Source: Tricharina praecox (lineage: Eukaryota). Taken from it: a DNA stretch of 64,000 nt. The position numbers were made by a program, and so were the translations under genes. The stretch covers positions 186,001 to 250,000 of the forward strand of contig NW_026250428.1 of the NCBI RefSeq assembly GCF_024521635.1. Direction: 5' to 3'. The notes under the pieces were generated by a model. The model ran no database searches. It was not told where the DNA came from and saw only the letters and a list, made by a program, of their open reading frames with translations. Shown here piece after piece: positions 37,242 through 50,185 of this stretch (position 1 is its first letter; each line of letters starts with the position of its first letter).

Positions 37242-38544
37242 TAACTAGAAGACTTCCCACGGACGAAATCCAATCGCGACTTAGGCTTGTTCTCGAGTAT
37301 TTTTAATCTTGCAATGAACCAACCAACAGTGAGGTAGTTGCAAACCGAGCTGTCACTTCAAGTGGCTCGACAGACTAGCACAAAACCAGTTCGACTGGTT
37401 CGTTTAAACTTAAAACGCTTGGAATCAAAGATCGTCATCAGTTCTCACCAGTAGTCTGCCACTATTACGCACTCCAAATGACGCCGACCTCAGGACTCTG
37501 TGAAACTACCATCGAAGTGGTAGCAATGCGGTATAGAGTAACCATGTCAGCCGTTGCGTAGCAGTACCAGGCTGTTACGTTGGGTGCATACGAGCATGCG
37601 GTGGTCAGTGATTTCATGGCTGTGCAAGTTGTTACCAAAGTTTCATTCAAACTGTCAATGCGAACAGGTTGACCTTCAAACTGGGTCAAAAAATCATGAG
37701 TAAACTGCACCAACTGCAAATCTGACTGTCGGAAAATTAACTGAACCGCGTAATCTACCCGCCAATCGAGCCAGTTCGTTGGCTCCACCCAATCTAACTT
37801 GGTAACTGTTGGAGCGTCTGGAACCTTTACACAAGGCCAGACTTTCCTTGGGTTACGCGGTAAACTCTAAATCAGATCACTGTTACATGACCCTGGCGTC
37901 TCCAGCAGCGTCACACAGTTCTATATAAACCCCCTCCCCCGTCAGTCTCGACCACCTCATCCTCACTCCTCATCCTGATCCTCGTCATCCCTCAGCCCTT
38001 GAACGGGTGCCGCTTCTTCTTGAAGACTTTCATCTCCCCCGGCAGTTCCTTTTCGTGGATGAAGCTTTCGTCTGGGATTCCAGCATATACACTCCTTTGT
38101 TCACGAAACGGTGTTCGCCGGGTTGCTAGCCGAGTTGTTGCATCGAAGCACATGCCGTACCACGTTGCCAACGTGCCGTCAGCAAGCCGCGCGGGCTCTT
38201 CCAAATGCTTGATCCACTTCCTGTCACCCGGATAGAGACACCGTCACATCTCCTACGGCGCACGGAACACAACAGACGGCCTTCTGGATGCGTTACTCAA
38301 GCACGAGCACCGCATGGACAGACGGAATGTCGACACACGGAGCATTGCCCGCACTCAATCTCCTAGGGAATCCCAGTCTCACAGAGATCCGCAGCAGAAC
38401 TGCGTTGACAACCGGTGCGGACACCGCCGGGGTTATACGAGCGGACGCAACACACTGGTGGTCTCCTTCCTTCCTTCGCTCGGGGAAGATACCTACGAGC
38501 GGAAAGGGATCCGGACCACGCATACATGTGTTGAGCGCTCATTG

Positions 38545-38745
38545 GGCACACATTCCGTCAACTTCGCGGGTACAGACTGAGTTGAATCACGAAAGCCATT
38601 CCGCCCAATTCGCAGGTACGAATTTGGCTGGACCACGAAAGCCATTCCGCCCAATTCGCAGGTACGAATTTGGCTGGACCACGAAAGCCATTCCGCCCAA
38701 TTCGCAGGTACGAAGTGGGCTGGACCACGAAAGCGATTCCGTCAT
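38545..38745. repeat. 46-bp tandem repeat, ~3.4 near-perfect copies plus one diverged
   Basis: cacgaaagccattccgcccaattcgcaggtacgaatttggctggac at 38588, 38634, 38680 and partial at 38726. Confidence 0.92.
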
Positions 38746-39380
38746 AGTGCTGGCACTATCCAGACGGGACCGCAATATCCCCACCGAAACGGTCTAGTCG
38801 ACAGTGGGATGTCGTTCACGACGGCGCCGGAGATCTGCACCAAGCTGATGCACTTCAGCTCTGCCGTAGGACATCTTTCGCCCCCTGCTGAGTGATGCAA
38901 ACGTGTGCATTGTCACGAATTACCTTCATGATAGATACCCTCTTAAGAGTTTTTAGCGGGATTCCCCCTGATGAGTTTCATTTATGGTTCTAACGAGTTT
39001 TTTATAGTCATGATGCCCTTTTACGAGTTGCCTTTGTTATGACTTTCTTTTCGCCATGGTTTTCTGTTGATTGCATACCGTTTTCCTTTTGTCCGTTTGT
39101 TTCATTTCGTCTGATTTTCTGCCATGATTTTCTGTTTTGAAAAAGAAAACCCAAAAAAAAACCAATAAAATGCGATAAAATAACCTAATCGTCGTCACCA
39201 TCCTTCATTTTGCCCTTCACCCCTCAAATAATCCTCACAGATTCTCTGCTCTATAATAGCACGATGCCCGAATGGTGATCCGCACACTTATTCTGACTCG
39301 TTCTTCATTTTCCAGCCTGTTGTCGTAGCCCGTTCTCCATTGGGGAGATAATTACCAGTGTATTGGGGTGGTGAGACCAG

Positions 39381-39612
39381 TGGTAGGCCTGTTATCCATC
39401 GTGCAATGATGTTGTAGTTTAACTGCAGTGGTTCGAAGACTGCTTTTGTGCCTGTACACCAAGCGGGTGATGTGGACAGGCACCAAAGCAGTCCTCGAAC
39501 CACTACAATTGACCTACAACATCATCGCGCGATGGATAACAGGCCTACCATCCACGAAACGCATCTCCAAGCTGCTGACACTTGCCAACCTACCCCCGCC
39601 ACACACGTATTG
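39381..39612. mobile_element. Head-to-head LINE ORF2 fragments (post-RT region) forming an inverted repeat
   Basis: Plus strand WTGTKAVLEPLQLTYNIIARWITGLPSTKRISKLLTLANLPP; minus strand WCTGTKAVFEPLQLNYNIIARWITGLP; arms 39381-39461 and ~39471-39550. Confidence 0.75.
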
Positions 39613-41414
39613 ATATCGTATCAGGGCAAAAAAAACGTATTTTGACCGTACTGATACGATATCGCTAGCATTTTGTCAAAGATACGTTAGCACTACCACA
39701 TTTTTCAAGAAACAAAAGCAAGCAAGAAACAACTATCACGACAGGAGAAATCCCAAGTAAATCAAGTATCGCAGCCTTCGCTTAGTTAATAGGTAGTCCG
39801 TATCGTCCAAGCGCCCACGCCAGAGTCTCGGTGATCTCGTCCTGCCTGCCCAGCTTCCGATCAACCGGTGTGCGCGTCTAGCCCGGGGCCCTCGATGTAG
39901 TACATAGAGCACAGCTGTAGTCTTGCCGTCCGCGGCCCCGTAAGAAAAGCGATATCGACGCGAGCGACCGTGCCGAAACTAGTCCTGAGCTGCATGCCTG
40001 GTGGAGCAAGACCATGGACGTGCTTAGTGCAACTCGCGAGACACATGCCTCTAGAGACACTCAGGGACTCGTCAACGCGTCAGCACTTTTCGCCCCCAGC
40101 CCGGCTTCCTCCTTCCATCTCGTTGTCGGCCAGTAGACGGTAGTCGATTAGACACGGATGATAGAGAGTCGATCGCAGCAAGAGAGATGAGGAACCAGAG
40201 TGACGTGGGGTGGAGAAACCAGTCAGGTTGAATGGGGAGGATCACCATGCATACCAGCAAGCGTGTTTTCTTAGCGAGCGATGGAGTGCGGGGTGCTTGG
40301 CCCCAGTCAGCGATGGATTTATTGATAAGATGATGTCACGTGACGAATGATGTGGTTGGGTCGGATGGCTGCTGAGAAGTCAGAAGCGCAAACCCGGCAA
40401 TCTATGCTCTGTTCCGTGCGGAAGCATCTCCGGCGACCATTCTACGGAGTGAATGGCCTTTGAGAGCGCCCAACTGGGAAGAAGATTGTGTTGTGGAAGT
40501 AGAACATCGGGAGATTGGGGATTTTTGAATTCATGAATTTGAGAAGAGATTAACTATGGCTTGAGATACATACTATGAGTTGCCTCTACACCATCCCTGT
40601 AACCACGCAGCAATTGATCCAGATTTCTCCAAGAGTTTTAAGTTGAAGTCCATCTTCGCTTGTAGATCCCCAGCTACCGTATGCAGTCAATCAGAAGCGA
40701 CATTCGACCTCCGCCTTTCAGGTTTCAAGCTTCAAGCTTCACCTGCACCGAAATTGCCACCAGGACGAGTGCATCGCCCGCATCTCCCGCGGATCCGTCC
40801 GTCTGTCCGTGCGGAGCGGAGCGTAGATCTGTGGATCCGGGCATGCAATATCTGCAGGTACATAGCGTACATACAGCCGACACCCCCGTCCCGCTCAAAG
40901 GTTCTCAGGTACCGGTATGTACCTATATCGCACCAGGTTCCAACAGTTGCCCTTCAAGTCGCGAAGCATCGATCCTTGGTTCGGGTTGATTAATGAGGTG
41001 ACACCGGAACGGGGACTATGTAGCACCTATTCAAGCGAGCAATGTCATATATGAGACGTGCGAACCGCGGCCCGGCCCGGCTACGCCAGCAGCACCGCCG
41101 GTCCACCGCTGGGCGACTCGCAAGCTCGTAGAGTTGTAGTTGAAAGTGGTGAACTTGCTGTATCCATGAAACCATGGTCAATGGCATCGGGTAAGGAACA
41201 GCCTACAGGGCATAGTCGAGACGGACAAGACTGACGAAGCATGGGAATCGCAATAATCGCAATGAAGGCGGCGTCCAGCTCAGGAAGGGAAGGGAAGGGG
41301 ATCCCGGATTACGGTATAAAGGCGATATCCCCCTCGCCTTCTCCGGGGAATTTCTCTGATCTCACCGGCATCCAGCACCCAGTCCCACCCACACTCCCTC
41401 CGCAGATCCGCATC

Positions 41415-42050
41415 ATGAAAGCCCTCCTCTCCCTCCCCGTCCTTCTCATTGGGCTATGCAGCTTCGTCCTCTGCACCCCCACGCCACTATCCCCGCGCGC
41501 CGCTGCCGACACCGTCGCTCCCGTAGCCTCCCTCTCGAAACTCACCTTCGGCGGCCCCGGCTGCCCCCAGACCGGCGGCGAACCATGGGTCTACGGCACA
41601 CCCACGCAGAACCTCACGATCGTATTCGCGAGCAGCGCGTTCCAGGCGTCGATCTCGGGGGACACGACTACGCAGCGCACGTACTGCCAGATCAACCTAG
41701 CGATCACGCATGCGGCGGGGACGCAGTACGCGGTCGACCGCGAGCACTTCGGCGGCCTCGCGAATCTTGAGGAGGGGGTGCGCGGAAGGCATAGGATCTC
41801 TTACTACTTCTCCGGAGAGCTCGAGACGGTCGCTAGTGAGGTCGAGTTCGGGGGGCCGCTGCAGAGGGAGTACGAGCTTGATGAACAGGTGGAGGAGCTG
41901 TGGTCGTCGTGCGGACAGGGCGCGGGGCTGAATGTTAACTCGGAGGTTTATGTCACTAGCAATGGGGTGAAGGGCAAGAGGGGTATCATGACGGGCGACT
42001 TTGGTGGGAACGCGCTGTTTGAGCTGCATTTGAAGTGGAGGGCCTGTTGA
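41415..42050 (+). CDS. Secreted protein, DUF4360-like, 211 aa
   Basis: Signal peptide MKALLSLPVLLIGLCSFVLC; GGPGCPQ, RTYCQINL, YYFSG, WSSCG...LNVNS and terminal LKWRAC motifs; TATAAA at ~41315. Confidence 0.88.
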   Translation: MKALLSLPVLLIGLCSFVLCTPTPLSPRAAADTVAPVASLSKLTFGGPGCPQTGGEPWVYGTPTQNLTIVFASSAFQASISGDTTTQRTYCQINLAITHAAGTQYAVDREHFGGLANLEEGVRGRHRISYYFSGELETVASEVEFGGPLQREYELDEQVEELWSSCGQGAGLNVNSEVYVTSNGVKGKRGIMTGDFGGNALFELHLKWRAC

Positions 42051-44247
42051 GACGAGTTTTACATATACTGAGGAGCTTTGCCGGAAAGATGGGCGAGATC
42101 CGGTTGTATGTACCGTTGAACTGTAAGGAATCGTGCAAATCGTATTACCAGAGTTGCTAGTGGACGTACTGTGGCGGAACGATGGAGGAGATGTCTGCGA
42201 GAGGAGGAGATCTCGGCGAGAGGAGGAGATGTCGGCGAGAGGAGGAGCTGTCGGTGAAGAGGAGGAAGCGAAGGGGACTCCTTTCGGCGGGAAACCCCGA
42301 ATGTGGTTAGTAGTGGGAATCAACGTCGGCGGGCATGGTGGGGTCTTCTTCTTCTTTCTTGATCATCCTCTTCAAAGTGGACGATCAACCACTATCTCCT
42401 CTTTCTCCTTGAGTGTTCTCCTTCCCTCGGCCGTTACAGCTTATGATGCGATCGCTCACGGTCCATCTTCCGCCTTCGGGCTTGAATCCACACAGCCCAG
42501 CACATCTCACGAGAAGGCAGAATTTTCAATTCCCCCACCACGAGGTAGCCAACGATACCCAGTATGTGCACAAATCGAACAGCAATCCCATTTCGCGCCA
42601 TAGAAATACATGAGCACGTATGCCTGCCAAACAAAACAAAACAGTACGCCAACTCCAACCACGGCCTCCACGCTGCCGAAATCCCCCCGCACACCACCTC
42701 CCGCACATCCCGATGCACTGCAGGGAGTGCCTTCCGTCCCAAGCCGACGTCTTCGACGTCCAAGCGGTAACGAACGATGTTGTAGCGGTGGTGCACCACG
42801 AAGCCATGAGCGTCGAAGGCCCACGGGCACAGACACAGCCACGGAGCGGTAGCGAACGCCGTAGCAGTAGCAGTAGCAGTAGCGAGCGATGTCGCGGAGC
42901 GCCGAGGGGAACCACCGCAGATAGCGACGACGAAAGGCACGAGTGGAGTCGAAGAAATACAGGTTCAGATTCGGAGCAGGAACGGACGTCGGAGGTAGTA
43001 GTAGTGTTCAACCCGCACGAAACCGAAACAACGAGAATAGCACTGTCCGTCGCACAGTATGATTTAGCCACCACGACAACGACGACGGGACAAAATCGGG
43101 CGACATACGGCCCTCCTCCTCCTCCTCCTCCTCCGAGAAGAGCTGTTCTTCACTCTTGGGGACTGCCGGCGACTCGGTCCAGCCGTCGCCCATCACTACC
43201 CTCGGGACTCGCTTCCCCCCTCTGACTGTCCACAATACTTCCGCCGCCAGATCGCACTTCCCTTCCGAGTTCGAGCCCACCACACCACCTCCTCCGAACG
43301 TCGTCCACCACAAATACCGGCGGCCGCGGCGATGCCTGCCGGAAGTACTCGTCTTCGGCCCTCTGGAGACGTTCGCGGAAGACGATGGAAAATATGGGGC
43401 CCGTGCTCATGGTTTTGTTGGTGGGTACTGCGAAGCGGGACTCTGGAGGAATAAGTATCAGGGCCTATTCCGGAGGGGAGATGAGGGTAGGACGAGTGGC
43501 TTTATTGGCTGAGAACTCGTACAACACATGTATGGAACCCTGGGGTTGGGGGCTTCTTATGAGGATGAGCATGGAGAGATCTGACTTACTTACAATAATC
43601 ACAGAGTGTTTTAGGTTTCGTTAGTGGTGGTGGTGGTTTTCTGAGTGTTTGACGAGTTACGAATTACGAGTAAGCTTAGGGAACCTGTTTGAATACCGGT
43701 CAATGTTCCGCAACGTTGATCGATGGGCCACCCCCCGCGCCCTGTATGTGGGTACCTTTGCTTTTCTTTATAACGTGGCTCTCCGGATCTCCGTAACCTT
43801 CTTCCTCACGGCAACCTCCAAGTTCCAACAATGGTGGGTTAGAGATTGCGATTCGCGAACCTCCGTCCGGCGTTCACACTCTGGAGTGGTGTATAAATTG
43901 CTGGGCACGATACGTCAACAACACCCTAGGGTAGAGTAGAGTCAGCGTAGTGTTTCGGTAGCTGGACACGATATCGTCAAGCTCCCCGTCTGCCACTCTG
44001 ATCTCGATCAACTATTGCCGTCAACCCCAGATTTGCGCCTTGGTTAGCGGCAATAGGTCGGCTTTACACAGAGTGATAGAAGGAGGAGGGGGACAACGAA
44101 CACACAACGGTGATGTTTCGAGGAATGCATGGAGGGATGGATATGCGTATTTAACTATCGTCCTTCATGTGAATTGTGGTTAGCGCCGCGGAATGGCCAG
44201 GCTGGCTGACTGGCTTCACGAACACCCACCCGGTCCCACCACCACCT

Positions 44248-44303
44248 CCCACCACCACCGAGTGCCCACCACCACCGAGTGCCCACCACCACCGAGTGCC
44301 CAC
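44248..44303. repeat. 17-bp minisatellite x3
   Basis: cccaccaccaccgagtg repeated. Confidence 0.85.
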
Positions 44304-44624
44304 ACCCACATCCTCAGACCGGTAGGTACATATTCTGACTTAAAGTAGTAAAGTACTCTAGGTACCTAGCCAATGGTTTTCGCGAATGCCGTTCTACCTC
44401 AACAGCACAATAAAAGCCGTGGTTAAGGGCTTGCATACATCTACAGCTCTGCCAAAGTCTACAGCCAAAAAAAAAGTCAATAATTTGCGTACCTACCAGC
44501 AACCAGACCTTCGCTTCCAGCCAACAAGACCTCGATGCTGTGCTACCTCGAAGCCGAGCCACAGTATGTGGAGTACATAAGTGGAGGATGTGGAGTACAT
44601 ATCCTCTGCAGACTGCAGCATGTA

Positions 44625-45501
44625 CTGGGGTGCAAGAGTAAGTGGTGCACCGCCTTAAGCGCCATGGCTGGGTGGGTGGCCGTGTTGGTGATGTAATGGT
44701 GACATTCTCGAATATTCGGCTTGTGTGTAAGGCAAACTCAACGCCGCCACCCACCATCGTCGTGCGAATTCTGTCGTTGTGAAGTCTATTGTTCGTACAT
44801 TCGGTCGTTATACGAAGTCCATCGCTGCACGAAAGCATGAAGCAGAAAGGAGTCCGCGATCCGGTACCGGAAGGTGTCAGTCACAGAGAAACGACTCGGG
44901 ACGAACGAATACAGATCATTGCGCTACGCGAGAAAGCGGGATGGAGCTGGAGGCAAATAGCAAAGAAACTCAGGATCGATAAAAGCACGGCCTCGAGAAT
45001 TTATCAGTGTTGTCACCAGTACGGCACTCCTTCAAATCGAAAACGATCCGGCGGACCCTCAATCTTCGACGCCGCAGAGAAAGCCCGTCTCGAAGCTTTT
45101 GTTACCCGCGACTCCCGTACTCAACGTCTTAGCTGGGAAGCAGTCTGTATTGAAATGGTTTATGCCTGCGACTCTAAGACAGTTCGAGATGCGGTGAAGT
45201 CTATGGGATATCACAAACGGGTCCCGAGAAAAGAGTTCCATGTCAAACCTGACAACAGAGGAAAGGTTAGATAGATTGGTAGAAGGTATGCCTGAAAGGT
45301 TGCAGGCGGTGATTGATGCTAGAGGAGCACCGACAGCATATTGATGGTTGGGTGGGAAGGGGTGGTGCACGACGTTCTCCAGTCATACAAACAAATCACG
45401 TTCGATCACTCGTTTTGCTCTATCTGGTCTGGTGCCATATATTTTTTTTACGGCGTTTAGAATTTCATAGTGGTGGTGCACCACTTTCCCTGACACCCGA
45501 G
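44625..45501 (+). mobile_element. Internally deleted Tc1/mariner element (HTH retained, DDE core lost)
   Basis: TA-flanked imperfect TIRs (CTGGGGTGCAAGAGTAAGTGGTGCACC versus reverse complement CTCGGGTGTCAGGGAAAGTGGTGCACC). ORF from 44837 has HTH GWSWRQIAKKLRIDKSTASRIY, joined out of frame to the C-terminal LVEGMPERLQAVIDARGAPTAY*. Confidence 0.9.
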
Positions 45502-45549
45502 TACGTCAGAAGCTCGCAACAACATGAGTTGAAGAACAGCCGTCGCAGA

Positions 45550-48140
45550 ACTTTTCACCTCCTCCCCACTTAAGTCCAACAGATGAAAGGCAATGAAACG
45601 CATCCCTCCCGTGGGCACAACCGCCTACGCTCCAAATCAACGCCCGTGGGCACAACCGCTTAAGAAAAATGCCAACCTCCGCGCCGGGAGCACATCTCGT
45701 CAACAGAACATTATCATCCCCGTAGACATGTATTCCCTCTTACTGGGAAGCATTTCCTCCTCCTGAGACGCAATAATTTCCAGTTCATTCTCGTGGTCGA
45801 TATAAGGTTTGAGGCGGTTCCCGTTGACCGGGTTCCTCAACGGTCCTGGATTGTTCTTTCCTGAAAACCGAGGGTCCGTTGCTGCTGCTGCGCCCCTCTC
45901 GCTGGGGCACACCGTAGAATCATGGCAGAAACCTTTGCAGTTAGAGCAACGCTGCGTAGGGCACACCGTAGAAGCATGGCCGAAACCTTCGCAGTTAAAG
46001 CAACGTTGCGTAGGTTGCTGCTGTTGCGAGCCTCCTGCCCGCGTTTGGCATCCTTGGTTGTGAGGCTGGGTCAGCCCGTGTCCGGCCACGGTACTAGTCG
46101 GCTGAGTCCTTAATCCTCGCGACGTTCCGTCTCGACCCAGTCCCCCTCTCTTCTGCGCCTCATCCGCCGGGACGTCTCCGCGTGCGATGGATGCCTTCAG
46201 TTTCCTGCATTGCCTCTTAAGTTTTGCAGGAGGGTCAGGTCTACTTCATTTCGAAGTGCCGAGTTGTGATGGCCAAGAAGCAGTTTTCGAACGATAGTGT
46301 CCAGATATTCCACACCAGTCGCATCCCGTAGCACCCTGGTTGTTTCCCTGACCCATTTCCTTTTCTCCTTTTGGGGCCGCTTGTCCACGTCGGCACCTTG
46401 ACGTCTCGTGTCTGCCTCCACACACCGAGCACTTGCCTTCCTGCATGAAGTCCACCAAGAATGTATTTGACTGGTCGTGTACCTGTTTCCAGAACTGATC
46501 CTCCTCTGGAATCGGTGCAATCCTGGACCTCAATGCGGCCGGCTCGATATCATTGCATATCTCATCGCACATTAGGTTCCATGATGTGAATCCGACCCGC
46601 TTGGCCAGGATCTTCGACTTGCTCTTGAACGTGGCGAAAGAAAGGGCGTTCGTCTTAGTAGCGTCCCAACGCATCCGCCACAGTTCCATCCTCGAGGCTT
46701 CCTAGTCGTATTCAGACGTGAATTCCTCGCGGAGGAGCTCGTAAAGCGATACTTCGACGACGGAGGGGCGCTTGATGTTGATGATCGTATCGGCAGGCCT
46801 CCAGCAATTCGGCGAGGGTCCGCCGCTATTGAAGTATTCCTCCCACCACAATCTTGCGGTGCCTTCCATAATACTTCCGATCGATGCGCAGAGCCGTCGA
46901 CCGAACGCATAGTTCGACTTGCCCTCCGTGTTGTGAAAGTTGACGTACGTATACTCATCGTCCGCCGAGCAAATCACCGTTCCACCGCGATAGACCGGGT
47001 AGTTGTGGCCGAGGCAGAAGTTCCGGACCGAGACATCAAGTGATCTTAGCTCTTGCGGTTCGCCGTGGAAGTTGAATTCGTTCCGAATCTTGATCTCGCT
47101 TGGGAATCGAACGGTGCTAACGACCGGTGGGACCGTGGACGCGATTGCCATGGTCGGGGCACGGTGTGGCAGTCGGGGGGGGGGGGGGGGGGGGGGGGGC
47201 TCGGGGGTGACGCTCTCGTGACGGCTCGCGGGGCGGGAGCTCTCGTGGCGGCTCTCGTGACGGCTCTCAACTCGCTCGCTCTCGTAACGACGTGTTTCCA
47301 TGCGCGGAGTCTCAACTTCTCGCTCTTCCGATAGCAGGGGCCCTCGTTCCCGCTCCGCTCCTTCTATCTAGTTCGTCGTCTTCTTCCAGGATGGTTTCCT
47401 CGAAGACTGATGCTTCTCCCGGGTCCACCTTGTTGTCGAGTATATTCTGAAGGTATTCCCACTGATCTCCGAAACTGCGTAGCTGTACCTTCGGTTCCTC
47501 GCGGTGTAGGTATTCGGAGCTTGGTGTAAGAAGGGCGGACTGCGTAGATCTTCTCGTAAAAATACCGGCACTGGAGTCGGAACCTGCTGAGGGTGCTGAT
47601 GGCCAGCTGCGGTTGCGTCTCCCACTCTGCCGGATATCTCCTCCCCCCGTACTGGTTTTGGTGCTGCTGTTTACAGTATATACCACTCCTTGTCGACCTC
47701 TTTGCACAAGGCCAAGAACTGAGTGACAACGTCTATGCCGATTGCTGCTACCCTCCTCGTGAGGTTCTTATTCCCGTTCTCCTCGACCCACTTGCAGAAG
47801 TAGACGTCGAACTTCAGGCAGAGCCGCAGGCTGCAGGCAAAGCTCCTAGACCTGACGGTAGGTTGCCGAAGACTGAAGCCGCAATGCTCAGATTCGGTCA
47901 ATGATTGGAGAGAAGATAGAATATGTAAGGAGAAAGAAAGATTCCTCGATGAGGGCGGGTTCGTGATATATTGTGGTCGCCACCTGGCACTGTACGCAAC
48001 TAGGTGTGTCGATTGAAAGTCTATCTGACAAGCTTCTAGTCCAGAACCTCCTCCGTGCCAAGGCTGCCAAGTCACTGGAAGGGCTGCAGCCTGCAGTCTG
48101 CGGGGATTTCTGGACAGCGAGGGACTAGTATGCTGTTACA
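45550..48140 (-). mobile_element. Ty3/Gypsy-like LTR retrotransposon relic (5' LTR, gag, integrase tail)
   Basis: TGTAACA start at 48140; frameshifted gag (EGTARLWWEE; CCHC knuckles CFNCEGFGHASTVC, CSNCKGFCHDSTVC) fused to integrase-tail-like NPVNGNRLKPY; PPT-like AAGTGGGGAGG at ~45560-45572; no 3' LTR seen. Confidence 0.75.
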
Positions 48141-48881
48141 CGACCGTGTTACGATATTTGACCGTACTGATACGGACAAAAGCGTATTTTTTACCCCCCC
48201 CCCCCCCCCCTTCAATACAGTAGCCGAGCTGTTCGAACTTCGTGCAAGTGATGACTTCGGTCTATAGCTTCACCAGCGGTGATGATGTACTTACTTACAT
48301 ATCCAACTCTTCCACCCTTTTTTTCTTTTCCCTCGCCAATTAGAGTGATTGACTGTGACTGATGATAAAAATCGACATACCTAGGTACCTCCTATGTAGT
48401 CGGCCAGTCAAACACCCGGCACCCGACACGCGCAATGGCGCTCGTGGAGTTGGCGGCAGACACACCCGCAGCTACATACGCTGCTCCACTTCAACTCCGC
48501 CATTTCCCTAGTGCTCCCCCGGTGCTGCTGCTGTCCAGTGGCCAGCACCGATATATATGCCTTCACCGACTCACTGCAGAGCAGCATAGGTATCGCATCT
48601 ACTGACGTCGTTACAACATCCCGCCTGACAGGCTGGCCGATGGCACATAGTACGTGCGACGCTCATGTGGACACCGCTAGTTAGCTTCATGGCTGCGAAC
48701 ACAGCTCGTCACCCGTACGGGACAAAAACCGTGTGAAGCACTCGACTGGAAGAAGCAGAAACGAGTGAGAGTTAATGAAGGGCTCTACCTACCTATTCTC
48801 GCTTAGCGGTGAGGTTTTGTAATTTGCTCCTGTATTGGTGGGCAATACTTGAGATGACGGGTAACTAGGAGAGCTCTGTGG

Positions 48882-49172
48882 TGTGGACTCTGGAGAACTC
48901 AGAAGACGGGAGGAAGGGAGGATGGATGGATGGAAGGCAGCGGCTGTCCGCATTGGAGGTGCTGCTGGTTAGTAACTTAGGATTTCCAATCGCGCGGAAC
49001 CGAATGCTGCCCTTCCACCGTGTGTACTGTCTACTGCCCACTGTTCAGGTAGATTTGGGGATCGTGGGATCGTAACTTCGTGGGATCTTGGTTCCTTTGT
49101 AAGCAGCGGCGAGCGCGAAGCGGTCTAGGTAGGATGGTCTCTGCTCGGACAGGTACGTCTGGCAGTGGGCAC
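48882..49172. repeat. ~290-bp inverted repeat, left arm
   Basis: Reverse complement of 52814-53098 (ctctggagaactc...aggatggtctctgctc...gtacgtctggcagtgggcac). Confidence 0.88.
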
Positions 49173-49401
49173 CTGCAAATGGGGGAGGTTTCGTTGCTGC
49201 ATACTATACCCATACTCTCTCTATTGTCGCGCCTAGAGAACGAATTGAGTCTTTGTCATTTAAACACGGCAAAGCATAGTAACGCCTGGCTTGCTCACGT
49301 AGAATGCGTCAAACACGTCGAAAGCCATGCCCATATACCTACCTCACTTCGAAATTACAATTTCGAGATGTATCATACTTACTCTAGCCAGGCTATGCCG
49401 A

Positions 49402-49513
49402 TCACTCACTCACTCACTCACTCACTCACTCACTCACTCACTCACTCACTCACTCACTCACTCACTCACTCACTCACTCACTCACTCACTCACTCACTCA
49501 CTCACTCACTCAC
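49402..49513. repeat. (TCAC)n microsatellite
   Basis: ~28 perfect units. Confidence 0.97.
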
Positions 49514-49712
49514 AGTCTTCCAACTTCCCAATTTCCAAGTTCTAACCAATTCAGGGCGCCCAGGCAGGTTTAGGGGCAGCGGCAAGTTTGGTCCGAGTCG
49601 TCGCGAGTCGCGACGCGTCGACGAACGCGCGGCTGGGCTGGGCGGGGGAACTCTCAACCCTCCTGTTATGTCAGGAGTCAGGAAGGAAGTGGGAACTTGG
49701 AAGACACGATGC

Positions 49713-49714
<2 letters not shown>

Positions 49715-49755
<41 letters not shown>
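49715..49755. repeat. (GAT)n microsatellite
   Basis: Perfect trinucleotide run. Confidence 0.95.
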
Positions 49756-50185
49756 CGGATTCTTACAAGCAGAAAACTCCTATTGCTACAAAGTAGTTAC
49801 CCAGAAAGAACTGAAAACCAAAAACCAAAAAAGAAGTGCAGAGGCGTATGTAATGTAATGTATGTACGTATGATGCGCCTGCCTCTGAAAAACAGACAGA
49901 CAGACAGAAGGAACCCCCTCAAACCCCACACAAAACTCCTCCCACCCACCAACGCGCAGATATGCGCAGATTGAATTGAGACCCGACGGACAGACGATCA
50001 AGGCGAAGGCGAGTGTCGAGACTCGCGACTCGCGCCAAACCGCCCTCACGACAAACCTGCGTTTTGCCCCCCGTTCCCTTCCCTCTCGCGATCCCCCCTC
50101 CCCGCCGATCCGACGTGACCAAAGAACACCCGCGTCACGTCACGATACGACACGATACCACACGCCACGCCGGGTGGCAAGCGTG

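Noticed and set aside
38545..38745. CRISPR-like appearance of the 46-bp repeats
   Set aside because: Head-to-tail with no unique spacers, no cas genes, eukaryotic context.
42620..43512. Low-complexity plus-strand ORFs
   Set aside because: Possibly a gene, but no domain or convincing splice model found.
49080..49715. 211-aa ORF with THSL repeats
   Set aside because: Artefact of the (TCAC)n microsatellite.
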